Source: a virus
Lineage: Duplodnaviria; Caudoviricetes
DNA: 57,037 nucleotides
IMG/VR virus record: IMGVR_UViG_3300021062_000017
Location: 1 to 57,037 of that record
Reading direction: 5' to 3' (one strand)
Shown here: piece by piece, positions 1-9,542 of the stretch
Layout: each line of letters opens with the position of its first letter
Numbering within the stretch: the stretch's first letter is position 1
Notes under the pieces: generated by a model
The model's database searches: none
What the model was told of the DNA's origin: nothing
What the model saw: the letters and a program-made list of their open reading frames with translations, nothing else
Position numbers and translations under genes: made by a program

Positions 1-12
1 CCGCAACAGAGG
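1..12. repeat. cosN cohesive-end 12-mer, left copy (CCGCAACAGAGG)
   Basis: Identical to 57026-57037. Lies next to terS and is flanked by CG on both sides like lambda cosN. Confidence 0.85.
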
Positions 13-33
13 CGCACTCAATTCGACTCCGGA

Positions 34-40
34 AGGACCC
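34..40 (-). other. cosQ-like packaging termination site
   Basis: Minus strand reads GGGTCCT-TCCGG, 21 nt before the 12-mer. Lambda cosQ is GGGTCCT-TTCCGG at a similar distance. Confidence 0.7.
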
Positions 41-134
41 AAAATTTTTTCAGAGCCATTGCCGTGCTTTTCGAAATTGGAGTAATACCAATATGTATGG
101 ACGACGCCCATACAGGATTCATTGCGCCGCAGCA

Positions 135-875
135 TTACCGCGACCCCCAATGCTCGGCCCACGACTTCTCGAACCCGCGGGCGAAGGACGCCGCGGCATG
201 GCGCTTGGCATACCCGAGCAGTTCGGTGCGCGGCCGATACGACACCGAGCGCACGAAGTAGAAGACCGCCACGGGCTTCTTCTGCCTGCGCTCGTAGATG
301 CCGCCAGGAAGGCCTTTGACGCTGGGCGGCATGGCGAAGTAGGCGCGCCCGAGCGAGGCTGCACGTGCTGCACGCTTCGCCGCACTGGGCGAGATCACGC
401 GCTGGTAGCCCGGGCTGAACTTGGCCCCGAGCTGCGCGATGACTTGGACGATCTGTGCGCGAGACACGTTGCCGAAGGCGTCCAGCTTGGCGGCCGGCCC
501 TGGCACCACGTAGTGGCCAGGCGGCAATGCGCCCTGGTTCTGCAGGGCCTGCTCGAACTTCTTCAGCCGGCGCGCACCACCGAACTCCTCGGGAGCCAGC
601 CACACGGCAGGCGGTGTGCCGCCGCCCTGGTCGCGGATGTAGACCTCGGCGGTCAGGTCGTTGACCTGGGCACGCTTGAAGCGCGGTGCATTGCGTGTCG
701 CCGAGGTCGGGCGATCGAGTCGCGTCTTCAGCTGCTCGCCCCAGCCCTTGGCCAGGTCGGCGACGGTCCGGTTCAGCGTGGCTGCGGCAACGGACGCGAC
801 CGCGCGCACGCTGAACTTGCCGCGCATCTTCGCCTGTGCTTCCTTCAAGCCGGTAACGGAGACGGTCATGCGCAT
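135..875 (-). CDS. Conserved phage protein adjacent to cos (possible tail-completion/morphogenesis-like)
   Basis: 246 aa ORF with good codon usage, typical 'LDRPT...T...LDAFGNV' motif, last gene before cos. Confidence 0.6.
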   Translation of the reverse strand: MRMTVSVTGLKEAQAKMRGKFSVRAVASVAAATLNRTVADLAKGWGEQLKTRLDRPTSATRNAPRFKRAQVNDLTAEVYIRDQGGGTPPAVWLAPEEFGGARRLKKFEQALQNQGALPPGHYVVPGPAAKLDAFGNVSRAQIVQVIAQLGAKFSPGYQRVISPSAAKRAARAASLGRAYFAMPPSVKGLPGGIYERRQKKPVAVFYFVRSVSYRPRTELLGYAKRHAAASFARGFEKSWAEHWGSR

Positions 876-1393
876 GCAGCCTCCCCCATCAGATCCCGCT
901 GCGACTGCTCATCCCGCTCGATCCCGAGCACCGTGACCGCAACACCCAGCGCCGGCCATGCGTGGCTGCTTACGCCGTACAGCGGCCCCGGCTTGGCCTT
1001 CGTGCCCACCTGCGGTGTCGCGCCTCCGCCGGTGGCTGGGAACAGGTCCAGCAGCCCGCGGCGGATCTCGCTGTCGTTGGCCTTGGCCGACTTGCACACG
1101 TGCAGCTTCACGGTGCGGCGGTAGACCAGGCGCACGGCCTCGGGTGTGTTCCAGGCCTGCTGGAAGCGGCCGATCCACACGCAGGTCTCGAACACCTCGC
1201 GGCCGACGGCCATGCCGTAGCTGGCGATCATCTCGATGGCGAGCACCTGAGCTTCGAGGCGTCCGACTGCGCATTGCACCTTGCGCAGCATGTCGTCGTT
1301 CGGTAGCACGCCGGATTCGAGGACGCGCGCGCCGTCGAATCGCACGAAGCCGGACTGCGTGGTGCCGGGGTCGATCGCGAGGATGGCGCTCAC
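866..1393 (-). CDS. RuvC-like Holliday junction resolvase
   Basis: N-terminal ILAIDPG, VLAIEM and RNase H-fold motifs. GTG start overlaps the upstream stop. Confidence 0.75.
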   Translation of the reverse strand: MSAILAIDPGTTQSGFVRFDGARVLESGVLPNDDMLRKVQCAVGRLEAQVLAIEMIASYGMAVGREVFETCVWIGRFQQAWNTPEAVRLVYRRTVKLHVCKSAKANDSEIRRGLLDLFPATGGGATPQVGTKAKPGPLYGVSSHAWPALGVAVTVLGIERDEQSQRDLMGEAACA

Positions 1394-1518
1394 GCCAGCC
1401 ACCCCAGCGCCTTAGCCAGCACCACCAGCAGGCCGACCATGACGACCGCGGACAGCGGCAGCGCGACGAAGAGGTAGACGGCGCAGGCTGGGTCGATGTG
1501 GGTGTTGCGGTCGTTCAT
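1390..1518 (-). CDS. Small membrane protein (42 aa)
   Basis: Translated by hand: MNDRNTHIDPACAVYLFVALPLSAVVMVGLLVVLAKALGWLA. Start and stop overlap both neighbours. Confidence 0.6.
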   Translation of the reverse strand: MNDRNTHIDPACAVYLFVALPLSAVVMVGLLVVLAKALGWLA

Positions 1519-1691
1519 GCGACTCTCCGCAGCGTGTCGCCGGTGCGCGTGAACTTCGCGTGCACCAGCTTCGAGGCGATGCTGGCCAGCGACTTGCCAC
1601 GGCCGGCGATGGTGATGGACTCGCCGATCTGCAGCAGGCGGATGGCGTGGGTGGTGTTGCGCGGGGCGGGTGCGGTGGTAGGCGTCGTCAT
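1515..1691 (-). CDS. Small hypothetical protein (58 aa)
   Basis: Translated by hand: MTTPTTAPAPRNTTHAIRLLQIGESITIAGRG...LRRVA. ATGA overlaps. Confidence 0.6.
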   Translation of the reverse strand: MTTPTTAPAPRNTTHAIRLLQIGESITIAGRGKSLASIASKLVHAKFTRTGDTLRRVA

Positions 1692-2032
1692 TCCGGGTCT
1701 CCGTGCTGGCGCAGTTCCGGGTAGGTCCTGCGGCCGGCGATGGTGATGAAGTCGAGTTGCGCCTTGCTCATTGCCTCGCCGCTCGTCTGGCGATCGAGCA
1801 GGCGCTGTACGACCTCGCGCGCCACCGGTTGCTTGCCGCCCTGGGCGTACCGGCGTGAGGGTTGGGGCTCGCGCTTGTAGGCCTCGTAGCAGCGCCGGCA
1901 GCGAGCCCCGAACGTGCTCAGCTCGCTGTGCGAGGCCGGGCCCTGGCAGCGCATGCAGGCATGCTCCTTCGGGTCGTCGCCGGCATCACCCATGGCCTCG
2001 GCGGTGCGGCGGCGGATGTCGGCGACGGTCAC
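1688..2032 (-). CDS. Hypothetical protein with CxxC...CxxC zinc ribbon
   Basis: GTG start overlaps the rep stop. CMRC and CRRC motifs. Confidence 0.6.
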   Translation of the reverse strand: MTVADIRRRTAEAMGDAGDDPKEHACMRCQGPASHSELSTFGARCRRCYEAYKREPQPSRRYAQGGKQPVAREVVQRLLDRQTSGEAMSKAQLDFITIAGRRTYPELRQHGDPE

Positions 2033-2952
2033 GATGCAGCTCCCTTGCGGGCAAGGCGTGCGGCGCGCTGCTGCTCGAACTCGCGGGCTCGCTCGGCCTG
2101 CTCGGCGAGCCATGCGGCAGCCGGGTTGTGCGGTGCTGGCGCAGGCTGGGATCCGGGCATTGCGCCGCGGTGGATGCTGCCGGCCAGTTCCTTCGCCCGC
2201 TCCCGCTCCGACGCGACCGTTTTCACGAGGTAGGCGAAGGGCTTGTCCATGCCGCGGGCCTTGTCGGCGTAGGCCAGGAACTCCTCGGCCGTCGCCCCGG
2301 CCTCGACCAGCGTTCGGAACCCGAGGTGCCCGGGGTTGGCCTCGATTCCGGCTCGGCGGATGGCCTGCGCGACCCGGCCGAAGGCGGTCGCAACGGGATT
2401 CGGGATCCGGACAGGGGGCTCCGGATTCAGGGCTCCGGATTCAGTAATACCGGTTACCGCACGGCTGACCCCCCCTTCCACCGGGGGGCTGGCCCCCCTT
2501 GCCAAGTCGCTTCTTGGGGGGTCAAGCCCAGGGCTTGCCTCGGGCTCGCCTGGGGCGTCACCCACTTGGGAACCCCCCCCAGCCCTGGGCTCTGGTGGGT
2601 TGCCATGGGGTGAAAGCCCAGGGCTTTGGGGTGGTGGCAAGTCGCTCGGCGGCTCGCGGTGGTGTGGATTCTGGTGGTCCAGGAACTTCAGCACCTGGAT
2701 CAGCGCACGCCCATCGGCGGCCGTGTAGCGCAGGATGAAGCGGTGCTGCGCGAGCTCGGCCAGCAGCGGCTCAACGTCCAGCGAGTCGAAGGCGAACAGC
2801 TCGCCCTTGATGCGCTTGGGCCGGTCTTCCAGGCGCCCCTCGCGGTCGGCGAGGGTCCAGAGGCCGGCGAAGCACAGCCGCGCCTCGAAGCAGCATTCGG
2901 CCAGGTCCTCGTTCTTGAAGAACCCGGGTTTGAGGTTGCGGGCTCGTGCCAT
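2029..2952 (-). CDS. Phage replication initiation protein (replisome organizer)
   Basis: MARARNLKPGFFKNEDL...LWTLADREGRLEDRPKRIK is the typical N-terminus. Low-complexity linker carries DNA repeats. Confidence 0.85.
   Translation of the reverse strand: MARARNLKPGFFKNEDLAECCFEARLCFAGLWTLADREGRLEDRPKRIKGELFAFDSLDVEPLLAELAQHRFILRYTAADGRALIQVLKFLDHQNPHHREPPSDLPPPQSPGLSPHGNPPEPRAGGGSQVGDAPGEPEASPGLDPPRSDLARGASPPVEGGVSRAVTGITESGALNPEPPVRIPNPVATAFGRVAQAIRRAGIEANPGHLGFRTLVEAGATAEEFLAYADKARGMDKPFAYLVKTVASERERAKELAGSIHRGAMPGSQPAPAPHNPAAAWLAEQAERAREFEQQRAARLARKGAAS
2416..2627. repeat. Putative replication origin iterons within rep
   Basis: Palindrome AGCCC(A/T)GGGCT within 2523-2537, 2581-2591 and 2613-2627. 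Tandem GGGCTCCGGATTCA at 2416-2429 and 2430-2443. Confidence 0.55.
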
Positions 2953-5495
2953 CAGGCGGCCTCCGCTTCCAGTGCATCGAACAGCGACGGCATCGACACC
3001 TCGCGCTCGGCCGCCTGCAGGTAGTGCACCTGGTCGGCGAAGTAGGCCCCGGAAAGCTCGCTGCCGCCGCCGCGCCGGCCCTTCAGGATCGCGCGGTAGG
3101 GCACCGTGCCGAGGCCGCAGAACGGGTCATAGACCAGCTCGCCGCGGTTGCTGAAGCGCTCGATCAGGCGGTCCACGATGTCGAACTGCAGGGGGCAGAC
3201 GTGCTGCTCGACGTTGCGCTTCGACTGCTCGCCGTTCAGCGTGATCATGCGGTTCACGTCGTGCCACACCAGCGGGTGATGCGAGCCGGGCGCGAGGCTC
3301 ATGAACGTGGAAGGCAGTGCGCCCCTCTCCTGCAGCGCCGCTCCGATGCGGACGTGGGCCTCGAAGTCATAGACGCCGCGCAGGCTCCATTCGGTGAACA
3401 GCTTGGCCAGCTTGTCGGGCCCGTAGCTGGCCAGCTCGTCGGGGGTCAGCTGTCGGTTGCCGCTGCTGCGCCAGAAGGCATGCGCATCGACCTGCCAGCG
3501 CGCCAGGCTGTACTCCTCGACCGTCTTCTGGATCCTGCTGTCGGCGTAGCCCTTCGAGCGATCGGTCTGCGGCTTGTGGAACAGCAGGACGTACTCAGGC
3601 GAGCCGACGCCCATCTTCGAGCCGTCCTTGCGCATCTCCGTGTACCCGAGGCGATAGGTCTGGTTGTTCTCCCGCACCACGTCGGTGACGACGGTGATCA
3701 TCCCGAGGTAGTCGAAGCCATGGCCGTGCAGGCCCAGCGCCGGCAGGCCGCTGTAGTGCGCAATGGCCTCGGCGTGGAATGGGCTGCTGGTGGGCAGGCC
3801 CTTGCCGGTGACGTTGCCGAAGTCGATTCGGTCCTTGACGTGGATCGCAGCGATGCGGCCGGGCTTCAGGATCCGCAGCAGCTCCGGGGTCAGGAAGTCC
3901 ATCTGCCGCCAGAAGTGGCGGTTGTCCTCGGTGTGGCCGAAGTCGTTGTAGCTCGGCGTGTACTCGTAGTGGTTGGCGAATGGGATCGAGGTCACCACCA
4001 GGTCGACCGAGGCCTCCGGCCGCCGGCGCGCTTCCAGCACGGCATCGTTGTGCGCGACCTGGAAATGCTGGCCTGCCACTTCGCGCCGTTCCACGCCGAT
4101 GGTCCGTTCCAGCGCCGTCTCCATCGACAGCCGATCGAGCCCGTATTCGCGCACGAGCGCCGCCATGCGGATCTGCTGCTCGTCGTGGCGCCGCCACTTC
4201 GCCTGCAGGCTGGCCACGATCTCGCGCTCGGCCTCGGTGTGCACGATGTCGATGCGTACCCGCTCGGCCTGGCCGAAGCGGTAGGTGCGGTGCACGGCCT
4301 GGATGAAGTCGTTGAACTTGTGGCCGATGCCCGAGAAGATCTCGCGATGGCAGTGCCGCTGAAAGTTGCAGCCGCTGCCGGCGATGATCGGCTTCGTGCT
4401 CAGCACGCGGTGTTGGCCGTCGCTGAAGCCGACGATGCGAGCCTCGCGCTCGTCGAGATCCTGGGCGCCCCATACGCTGACGGCCTCCGGAATTGCAGCC
4501 TGGATGGCGTGCCGCTCGTCCTCAAGGTCGTGCCACACGATGAAGTGCTCAGTCGGCGCCTCGTCGATCAGCGCCTTCACCTTGGCGACGCGGGCCGGCA
4601 GGCTGTCGCGCTTCTCGCGCGCCGCGGCCGGCAGGCTCATTGCGACGTCCTGGATAAGCAGGCCCTGACCATCGCGATCGGCGCCGGCGGCGCTGTAGTC
4701 GGACTCGATCTCGTGCCAGCGCACGTCCAGCGCGGGCAGCACGTAGCCGGCGTCATCGTGGCCGAGGTCACTGGGCTTCGTTATGAAGACGGCCCAGCTC
4801 GCCACCCACAGCCAGAACTCGCGTTCCTTGTGCGGGTACAGCGTCAGGTTGCCGGCCTGCGTGCTGTCGCGCTGGAAGAAGCGCGTCAGCGCCTGGCCGG
4901 TGTCCATCACGCCGAGGTAGCCGGCGTAGTGGATCAGCTCCTTGTACCGGTTCGGGTCCGGCGTGGCGGTGTAGACCGACTTGAACTCGACCGACGCGAA
5001 GGCGGGCAGGAATTCCTGGTAGGTCTTTGAGCCGAAGCTGCGCAGGATGCTGGCCTCGTCAAGCCCGGCGGCGCGAAAGCGTGACGGCGTCACGTTGCCC
5101 TCGCGCACGGCCTCGTAGTTCGTGAGGTAGATCGTCGACGGTGCGTCGATCTCACTGTCGCGGCGGATGAACCGCAGGTCGATGGCGCAGTCGCCGGTGA
5201 AGCGCTGCTCGACCTCGCGGAAGAACTCCTGCCGCACGCCGAGCGGAATCACGCCGAGGCGATACGCATCGGGGAAGCGGCGGCCGATCTGGCGCAGGAC
5301 CTCGAGGTGCGTGGCGGTCTTGTGCAGGCCGAAGCTGGCAAAGCAGGCCCGGCTGCCGCCCTTGAGGATCCAGCGCGCGATGTCGCGGGTGTGCGGCTTC
5401 AGCGCGGGGTTGATCTCGTCGGCCGGCACCTCGAAGCCGGTGTGCCGCGCGAGCTGAATCTTGTCGCGCAGGAACTGCAGGTAGGGGTCGCTCAT
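2952..5495 (-). CDS. SF2/SNF2-like helicase fused to N4/N6 DNA methyltransferase
   Basis: FGLHKT, DEAS, TATP and GSGCNFQ helicase motifs. C-terminal TSIPF, HVCPLQ and VYDPFCGLGT MTase motifs. Confidence 0.85.
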   Translation of the reverse strand: MSDPYLQFLRDKIQLARHTGFEVPADEINPALKPHTRDIARWILKGGSRACFASFGLHKTATHLEVLRQIGRRFPDAYRLGVIPLGVRQEFFREVEQRFTGDCAIDLRFIRRDSEIDAPSTIYLTNYEAVREGNVTPSRFRAAGLDEASILRSFGSKTYQEFLPAFASVEFKSVYTATPDPNRYKELIHYAGYLGVMDTGQALTRFFQRDSTQAGNLTLYPHKEREFWLWVASWAVFITKPSDLGHDDAGYVLPALDVRWHEIESDYSAAGADRDGQGLLIQDVAMSLPAAAREKRDSLPARVAKVKALIDEAPTEHFIVWHDLEDERHAIQAAIPEAVSVWGAQDLDEREARIVGFSDGQHRVLSTKPIIAGSGCNFQRHCHREIFSGIGHKFNDFIQAVHRTYRFGQAERVRIDIVHTEAEREIVASLQAKWRRHDEQQIRMAALVREYGLDRLSMETALERTIGVERREVAGQHFQVAHNDAVLEARRRPEASVDLVVTSIPFANHYEYTPSYNDFGHTEDNRHFWRQMDFLTPELLRILKPGRIAAIHVKDRIDFGNVTGKGLPTSSPFHAEAIAHYSGLPALGLHGHGFDYLGMITVVTDVVRENNQTYRLGYTEMRKDGSKMGVGSPEYVLLFHKPQTDRSKGYADSRIQKTVEEYSLARWQVDAHAFWRSSGNRQLTPDELASYGPDKLAKLFTEWSLRGVYDFEAHVRIGAALQERGALPSTFMSLAPGSHHPLVWHDVNRMITLNGEQSKRNVEQHVCPLQFDIVDRLIERFSNRGELVYDPFCGLGTVPYRAILKGRRGGGSELSGAYFADQVHYLQAAEREVSMPSLFDALEAEAA

Positions 5496-6271
5496 GCCTC
5501 AGCGCCCTCCCCGCGCAGCCTCTGCCACTGCGCGCTGAAGCTCTCCGGGTCCTGCCCCAGCGTCTTCGGGTCGACATGGAACCGGGTGTCCACAGGCGTC
5601 GGCGCCCGGGTGATCTTCACGTCAGGCGGCACGATCACTTCTCCTGTTGCCTTCACCACAGGCGCAGGCGCGGCCACGGTGATCAGCTTGGTGTTCTCCT
5701 GCCAGCCGGTGAGCTTGCGCGGCGGCTTGGCGGGCTTGCGTTCTGCCGGTGGCGGCGGTGGCGCGATGACGGCCAGGGCTGCGGCGACGGCGGGTGCGTC
5801 GGCTTCGACCATGGCGGCGAGCGCCGGCAGTGCGACAGGATCCGCAGCGTCCGCCGCCGGTCCTTGTTCTGCGGCCCAGCTTTCGGCCCGCTCAGCCGTC
5901 GCGAAGTACCGCAGCGAGCCGTACTTGCTGTACTGCGAGCGCACCGCGACGAGCTTGCCGGTCTGCGCCAGGCGGTTGAGCCGGGCGGCAGCGGTCGAGG
6001 TGTTGGCCTTGAGTCCGTGGGATGCGGCCACGGCCACGACATCGGCGGCGGTGATGCCGCCTGATCGGCTGGCCAGCTGGAGCACCTCCAGGGTCACGAC
6101 GCCCGCTTCACGTCCTCGCCCGCGCGGCAGGGATGGCCTGGGCGTGCTGGGCGGTTCGGGCGCCGCAGCAGCCTCGTGCGCCGCTTGCTCGAACGCGACG
6201 ATGAACCGGTCGGCCGCCTCTCGCAGGCGCAGCGCAGCGGTGTGGAGCACATGAAGGGCTGCAGTCGCCAT
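5492..6271 (-). CDS. Hypothetical protein, possible winged-helix domain
   Basis: ATG at 6271 follows a purine-rich RBS. The upstream extension to 6763 overlaps other genes. Confidence 0.55.
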   Translation of the reverse strand: MATAALHVLHTAALRLREAADRFIVAFEQAAHEAAAAPEPPSTPRPSLPRGRGREAGVVTLEVLQLASRSGGITAADVVAVAASHGLKANTSTAAARLNRLAQTGKLVAVRSQYSKYGSLRYFATAERAESWAAEQGPAADAADPVALPALAAMVEADAPAVAAALAVIAPPPPPAERKPAKPPRKLTGWQENTKLITVAAPAPVVKATGEVIVPPDVKITRAPTPVDTRFHVDPKTLGQDPESFSAQWQRLRGEGAEA

Positions 6272-6273
6272 GG

Positions 6274-6567
6274 TCAGATCTCCCCACCCTCGCTGTCGGC
6301 ATCCAAAGCGCGTGGCAAGGGCCGCGCGACGTCCTCGAACAGCGGGAATGCGCCCTCGGGCGTGCGGCATGTCAGGACGAACCGGTCGGCCCCTGGCAGT
6401 TCGACGCCGCGATACACCACACACCGGCCGCGCTTCGGGCAACACTCGCCGTAGCAAGCCGCAACCTGTTGGGTGCGCGATTTGCTGGCCGAGTTCGGCT
6501 CGGGCACAAGCCGGGCTGCCGCATGGGCGTTTGCAGCAAGCATTGCCGGTGATGGGGGTGTGGGCAT
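6274..6567 (-). CDS. Hypothetical Cys-containing protein
   Basis: ORF fills the gap in the operon. ACYGECCPKRGRC motif. Confidence 0.5.
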   Translation of the reverse strand: MPTPPSPAMLAANAHAAARLVPEPNSASKSRTQQVAACYGECCPKRGRCVVYRGVELPGADRFVLTCRTPEGAFPLFEDVARPLPRALDADSEGGEI

Positions 6568-6584
6568 GGTTTGTCGGCGTCTCG

Positions 6585-8546
6585 TCAGGCCGCGCGCTGC
6601 AGCTGCTGCTCGGCGTAGTTCGCGCGAACGAGCGCAGCCGCCACCGGCGGGCACACGCTGTTGCCGCACATGCGTACCTGCGCCGACTTCGAAAGCGCGC
6701 AGCCATCCGCGCCGCGGTCGATGGCGTAGGTGTCGGGGAAGCCCTGCGCTCGGTACAGCTCACGCGGCTGCAGCATCCGCATGCCGATGTCGGCGATGAG
6801 GTAGTCCTCGCCTGCGACCGTGACCAGCCCGAAGCGGTCCTTCGTGGTCACGGTGTGCAGCGGCTCACGCAGGTCCGGGTCCTGGTCGGTGCCGTAGTAC
6901 TTCAGCAGCAGCGCGCGGACCTCGGCGTGATGGCCGCCGGTGGTGATCGTGTGCAGCGGTGCTTCGGTGGCGCCGCCGGCATGGCCGGTGGTGTTCGTCA
7001 TCAGGTGCGACGACACGAGCGCGTGATGCTCGCCCTGGGCGCTGACGGTGTGCAGCGGCTGGTCCGGGTCGGCGCTGCTGCTGGTGCCGCGCAGCTTGGC
7101 CAGGCTCGCGGCGACGATTGCGGTGTCGCCCTTCGCGGTCACCGTGCGCGTGGGTCGATCGGCGCCGTAGGCAGGCGACTGGCCTTGTCCTTGCCGGCCG
7201 CCGACGCCGACCAGATGCGCCGCCACCACGCCGTGCTTCGCGCCGTCTGCCATCGCGGTCGGCATCGGGTGGCGCAGGTCCTGCGCGGTCCGTCCGGCCT
7301 GGGGCTCGCCGCCGTAGTGCTTGACCACGTGGGCAGCGACAAGATGGTGATGGTCCTGGGTCGTGATCGTGCTGACCGGACCGCTCAGCGGCACGCCGGG
7401 GCCTTCGTTGCCGCCGTAGTGCTTCGCCAGGAACGCGGCGACCAGCCCGTGCTTCTGTCCGTCGACCGCGGTGCCCAACGGCTTGTCCAGGCCCGGCACG
7501 CGCGGCGCCTGGCCGGGCCGCTCGCCGTAGCCGGTCTGCACCAGCGTGGGCGACACCAGCAGGTGCTCGGCCTTGCTGGTGATGGTCGACACCGGCTCTT
7601 CGACGCTGTTCGAGTACTTGCCGTTGCCACCGGTCTGGCCGATGCGGGCGATCGTGGGCGTGATGAGCGCCTTCTCGCCGCGGTTGGCGCCCGTGATGGT
7701 CCGCATCGGCTCGTCGATGTCGTTGATGCGAATGTCGCCGGGATGGGTGACGGGCGCGATGAAAGGCTTCGGCGCGTCGATGACATAGCGCTTGATGCCG
7801 TGCGCGATCCGCCGCAGCGTGGCCTCGGCCAGCGGCCGCTCGCGCTCGAAGATGGACGGGCACGGCAGCGACCAGTCGATGCAGTCGGCCGCGGTGCGCC
7901 AGGGCAGCAGGCCGCTACCCTTCGCGGGCTTCGCGGCGTGGGTCGGCTTCGGCCACACGATCGGCATGCCGTCGCGGCGCGCGACCAGGAACAGGCGCTT
8001 GCGGATCGTCGGTGCGCCGTAGTCGCACGCGCGCAGCTCGCGCCACTCGACGTGATAGCCGAGGGTGCGAAGCTGGGCCACCCAGCGCTGGAAGGTCTGA
8101 CCCTTGCGGCGCTGGCACGGCATGTTGTTCTCGTCGAGCGGGCCCCACGTCTGGAACTCTTCGACGTTCTCCAGGCAGATGACGCGCGGCCGCGCCAGCT
8201 TCGCCCACTTGATGACGACCCAGGCCAGGCCCCGGATCTTCTTCGACACCGGCTTGCCGCCCTTGGCCTTGCTGAAGTGCTTGCAGTCCGGCGAGGCCCA
8301 CAGCAATCCGACCGGCTGACCATCGGTCACCGCCAGGGGATCGACCTCGAACACGTCGGACACGAAGTGCCGGGTCTGCGGGTGGTTGGCCTGGTGCAGC
8401 GACACCGCTTCGGGGTCGTGGTTGACCGCGATGTCGACGTGCCGGCCTAGCGCCTGCTCGATGCCGGTACTCGCGCCGCCGCCGCCGGCGAAGAGGTCGA
8501 TCACGAGCTCGTGCGCGAGCGGCAGGATGAATTGGCGGGCCGTCAC
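6585..8546 (-). CDS. C5 DNA cytosine methyltransferase
   Basis: DLFAGGGG, ASPDC, LENV, RKRLF and CGNSV motifs, plus repeated P-x-x-T-I/V-T units. Confidence 0.92.
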   Translation of the reverse strand: MTARQFILPLAHELVIDLFAGGGGASTGIEQALGRHVDIAVNHDPEAVSLHQANHPQTRHFVSDVFEVDPLAVTDGQPVGLLWASPDCKHFSKAKGGKPVSKKIRGLAWVVIKWAKLARPRVICLENVEEFQTWGPLDENNMPCQRRKGQTFQRWVAQLRTLGYHVEWRELRACDYGAPTIRKRLFLVARRDGMPIVWPKPTHAAKPAKGSGLLPWRTAADCIDWSLPCPSIFERERPLAEATLRRIAHGIKRYVIDAPKPFIAPVTHPGDIRINDIDEPMRTITGANRGEKALITPTIARIGQTGGNGKYSNSVEEPVSTITSKAEHLLVSPTLVQTGYGERPGQAPRVPGLDKPLGTAVDGQKHGLVAAFLAKHYGGNEGPGVPLSGPVSTITTQDHHHLVAAHVVKHYGGEPQAGRTAQDLRHPMPTAMADGAKHGVVAAHLVGVGGRQGQGQSPAYGADRPTRTVTAKGDTAIVAASLAKLRGTSSSADPDQPLHTVSAQGEHHALVSSHLMTNTTGHAGGATEAPLHTITTGGHHAEVRALLLKYYGTDQDPDLREPLHTVTTKDRFGLVTVAGEDYLIADIGMRMLQPRELYRAQGFPDTYAIDRGADGCALSKSAQVRMCGNSVCPPVAAALVRANYAEQQLQRAA

Positions 8547-8848
8547 GCTGCCGCCCTTCCCTCGCGCTGCAACTCAGCCAGCCGGGCCTGCAGCTGCGCC
8601 GGCTCGGCCGCGGGCATTCGAGCCACCAAGTCGTAGCCGAGCCGGTGGGCCATCCACCGCAAGGGCTCTACGCTCTTGGTTGCCATCATGAGCAGCACCA
8701 TGCGGATGGCCCACTGCTCGCCCAGGCGGCGCATGAGGCGCGAGAAGTAGCCCTGCGAGACCTGGACGAATTCGGCGATCTCACGATCGTCCAATCCGCT
8801 GTCGCGCGCGGCCTCGGAGAGGACCTGCGAAAGCGTCTTCTGCTTCAT
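8543..8848 (-). CDS. HTH transcriptional regulator (CII-like)
   Basis: HTH-like segment DREIAEFVQVSQGYFSRLM. Located upstream of the replication genes. Confidence 0.6.
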   Translation of the reverse strand: MKQKTLSQVLSEAARDSGLDDREIAEFVQVSQGYFSRLMRRLGEQWAIRMVLLMMATKSVEPLRWMAHRLGYDLVARMPAAEPAQLQARLAELQREGRAAA

Positions 8849-9225
8849 GCCGCAGCCCTCCGCTGCTCCAGCGTCGCATCCGCCTGCATCTGCTCAATCA
8901 CGGTGAGCTTCGCGGCGCGCGCGCGGAACTGCGAAATCGCCGTGTTGCCGTAAGCCTGCTCGACAGCATCGATGCTCTCGAATGGCAGATTGCGGCGGCG
9001 CGGCGCGTCGTCCGGGTGGAAGTAGTCGGTGCAGTGCTGGCTCACCAGGCCGGCCTCGTCGGCCAGCATCGTGAGCTTCAGCGCACGCCGAGGCGATAAC
9101 TGCCGGCAGACGCGGCACGCCTCACGGTAGGTCCTGATCGTGCGCATGATGGCGGTCGGCACTGTGGCCGGCGCGTCGATGCGCTGCATGAGCGGGAATT
9201 CCCGCTGCAGTGGGTGTTCTTCCAA
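8845..9225 (-). CDS. CII-like/XRE phage regulator
   Basis: TTG start after GAGGAGG. HTH-like LADEAGLVSQHCTDYF and a GNTAISQF motif. Only the C-terminal part of the 454-aa track ORF is credible. Confidence 0.65.
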   Translation of the reverse strand: MEEHPLQREFPLMQRIDAPATVPTAIMRTIRTYREACRVCRQLSPRRALKLTMLADEAGLVSQHCTDYFHPDDAPRRRNLPFESIDAVEQAYGNTAISQFRARAAKLTVIEQMQADATLEQRRAAA

Positions 9226-9253
9226 GGCTGCCTCCTCGAAGAAATTCAATCGG

Positions 9254-9276
9254 CCAACCAGTTGCCCAACCAGTTG
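9254..9276 (+). promoter_or_regulatory. Direct repeat CCAACCAGTTG x2, putative CII-binding site of a P_RE-like promoter
   Basis: Exact 11-mer repeat with a 12-bp period just upstream of the cII-like start, where lambda P_RE sits. Confidence 0.45.
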
Positions 9277-9542
9277 GAACGGGGCGAAGCTGAAGGCATG
9301 AACTGCCAGACCACGCTCGCCTTTCTGCTGCGCCCGGAGACCGGCGCCCTGGCGAGCCATGGAGGCAGCCAGGACAACGCCAACGCGTCGGGCGGACGCA
9401 GCAGAAAGGGGATCGATGGAACTCAGGAATCGCGACCTGGCCTGGAGCCAGTCGAAGGTGCGCGCGCTGCTGCGCGACGCAGTTGCGGCGCTGCTGCTGG
9501 CGCAACTGGCCAGGCTGGGCGTGAGGCCACGGAAGTGAAGGG

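Noticed and set aside
2946-8450. Long plus-strand ORFs (694 aa, 726 aa) and similar antisense ORFs elsewhere
   Set aside because: Shadow frames of GC-rich genes with clear motifs on the opposite strand.
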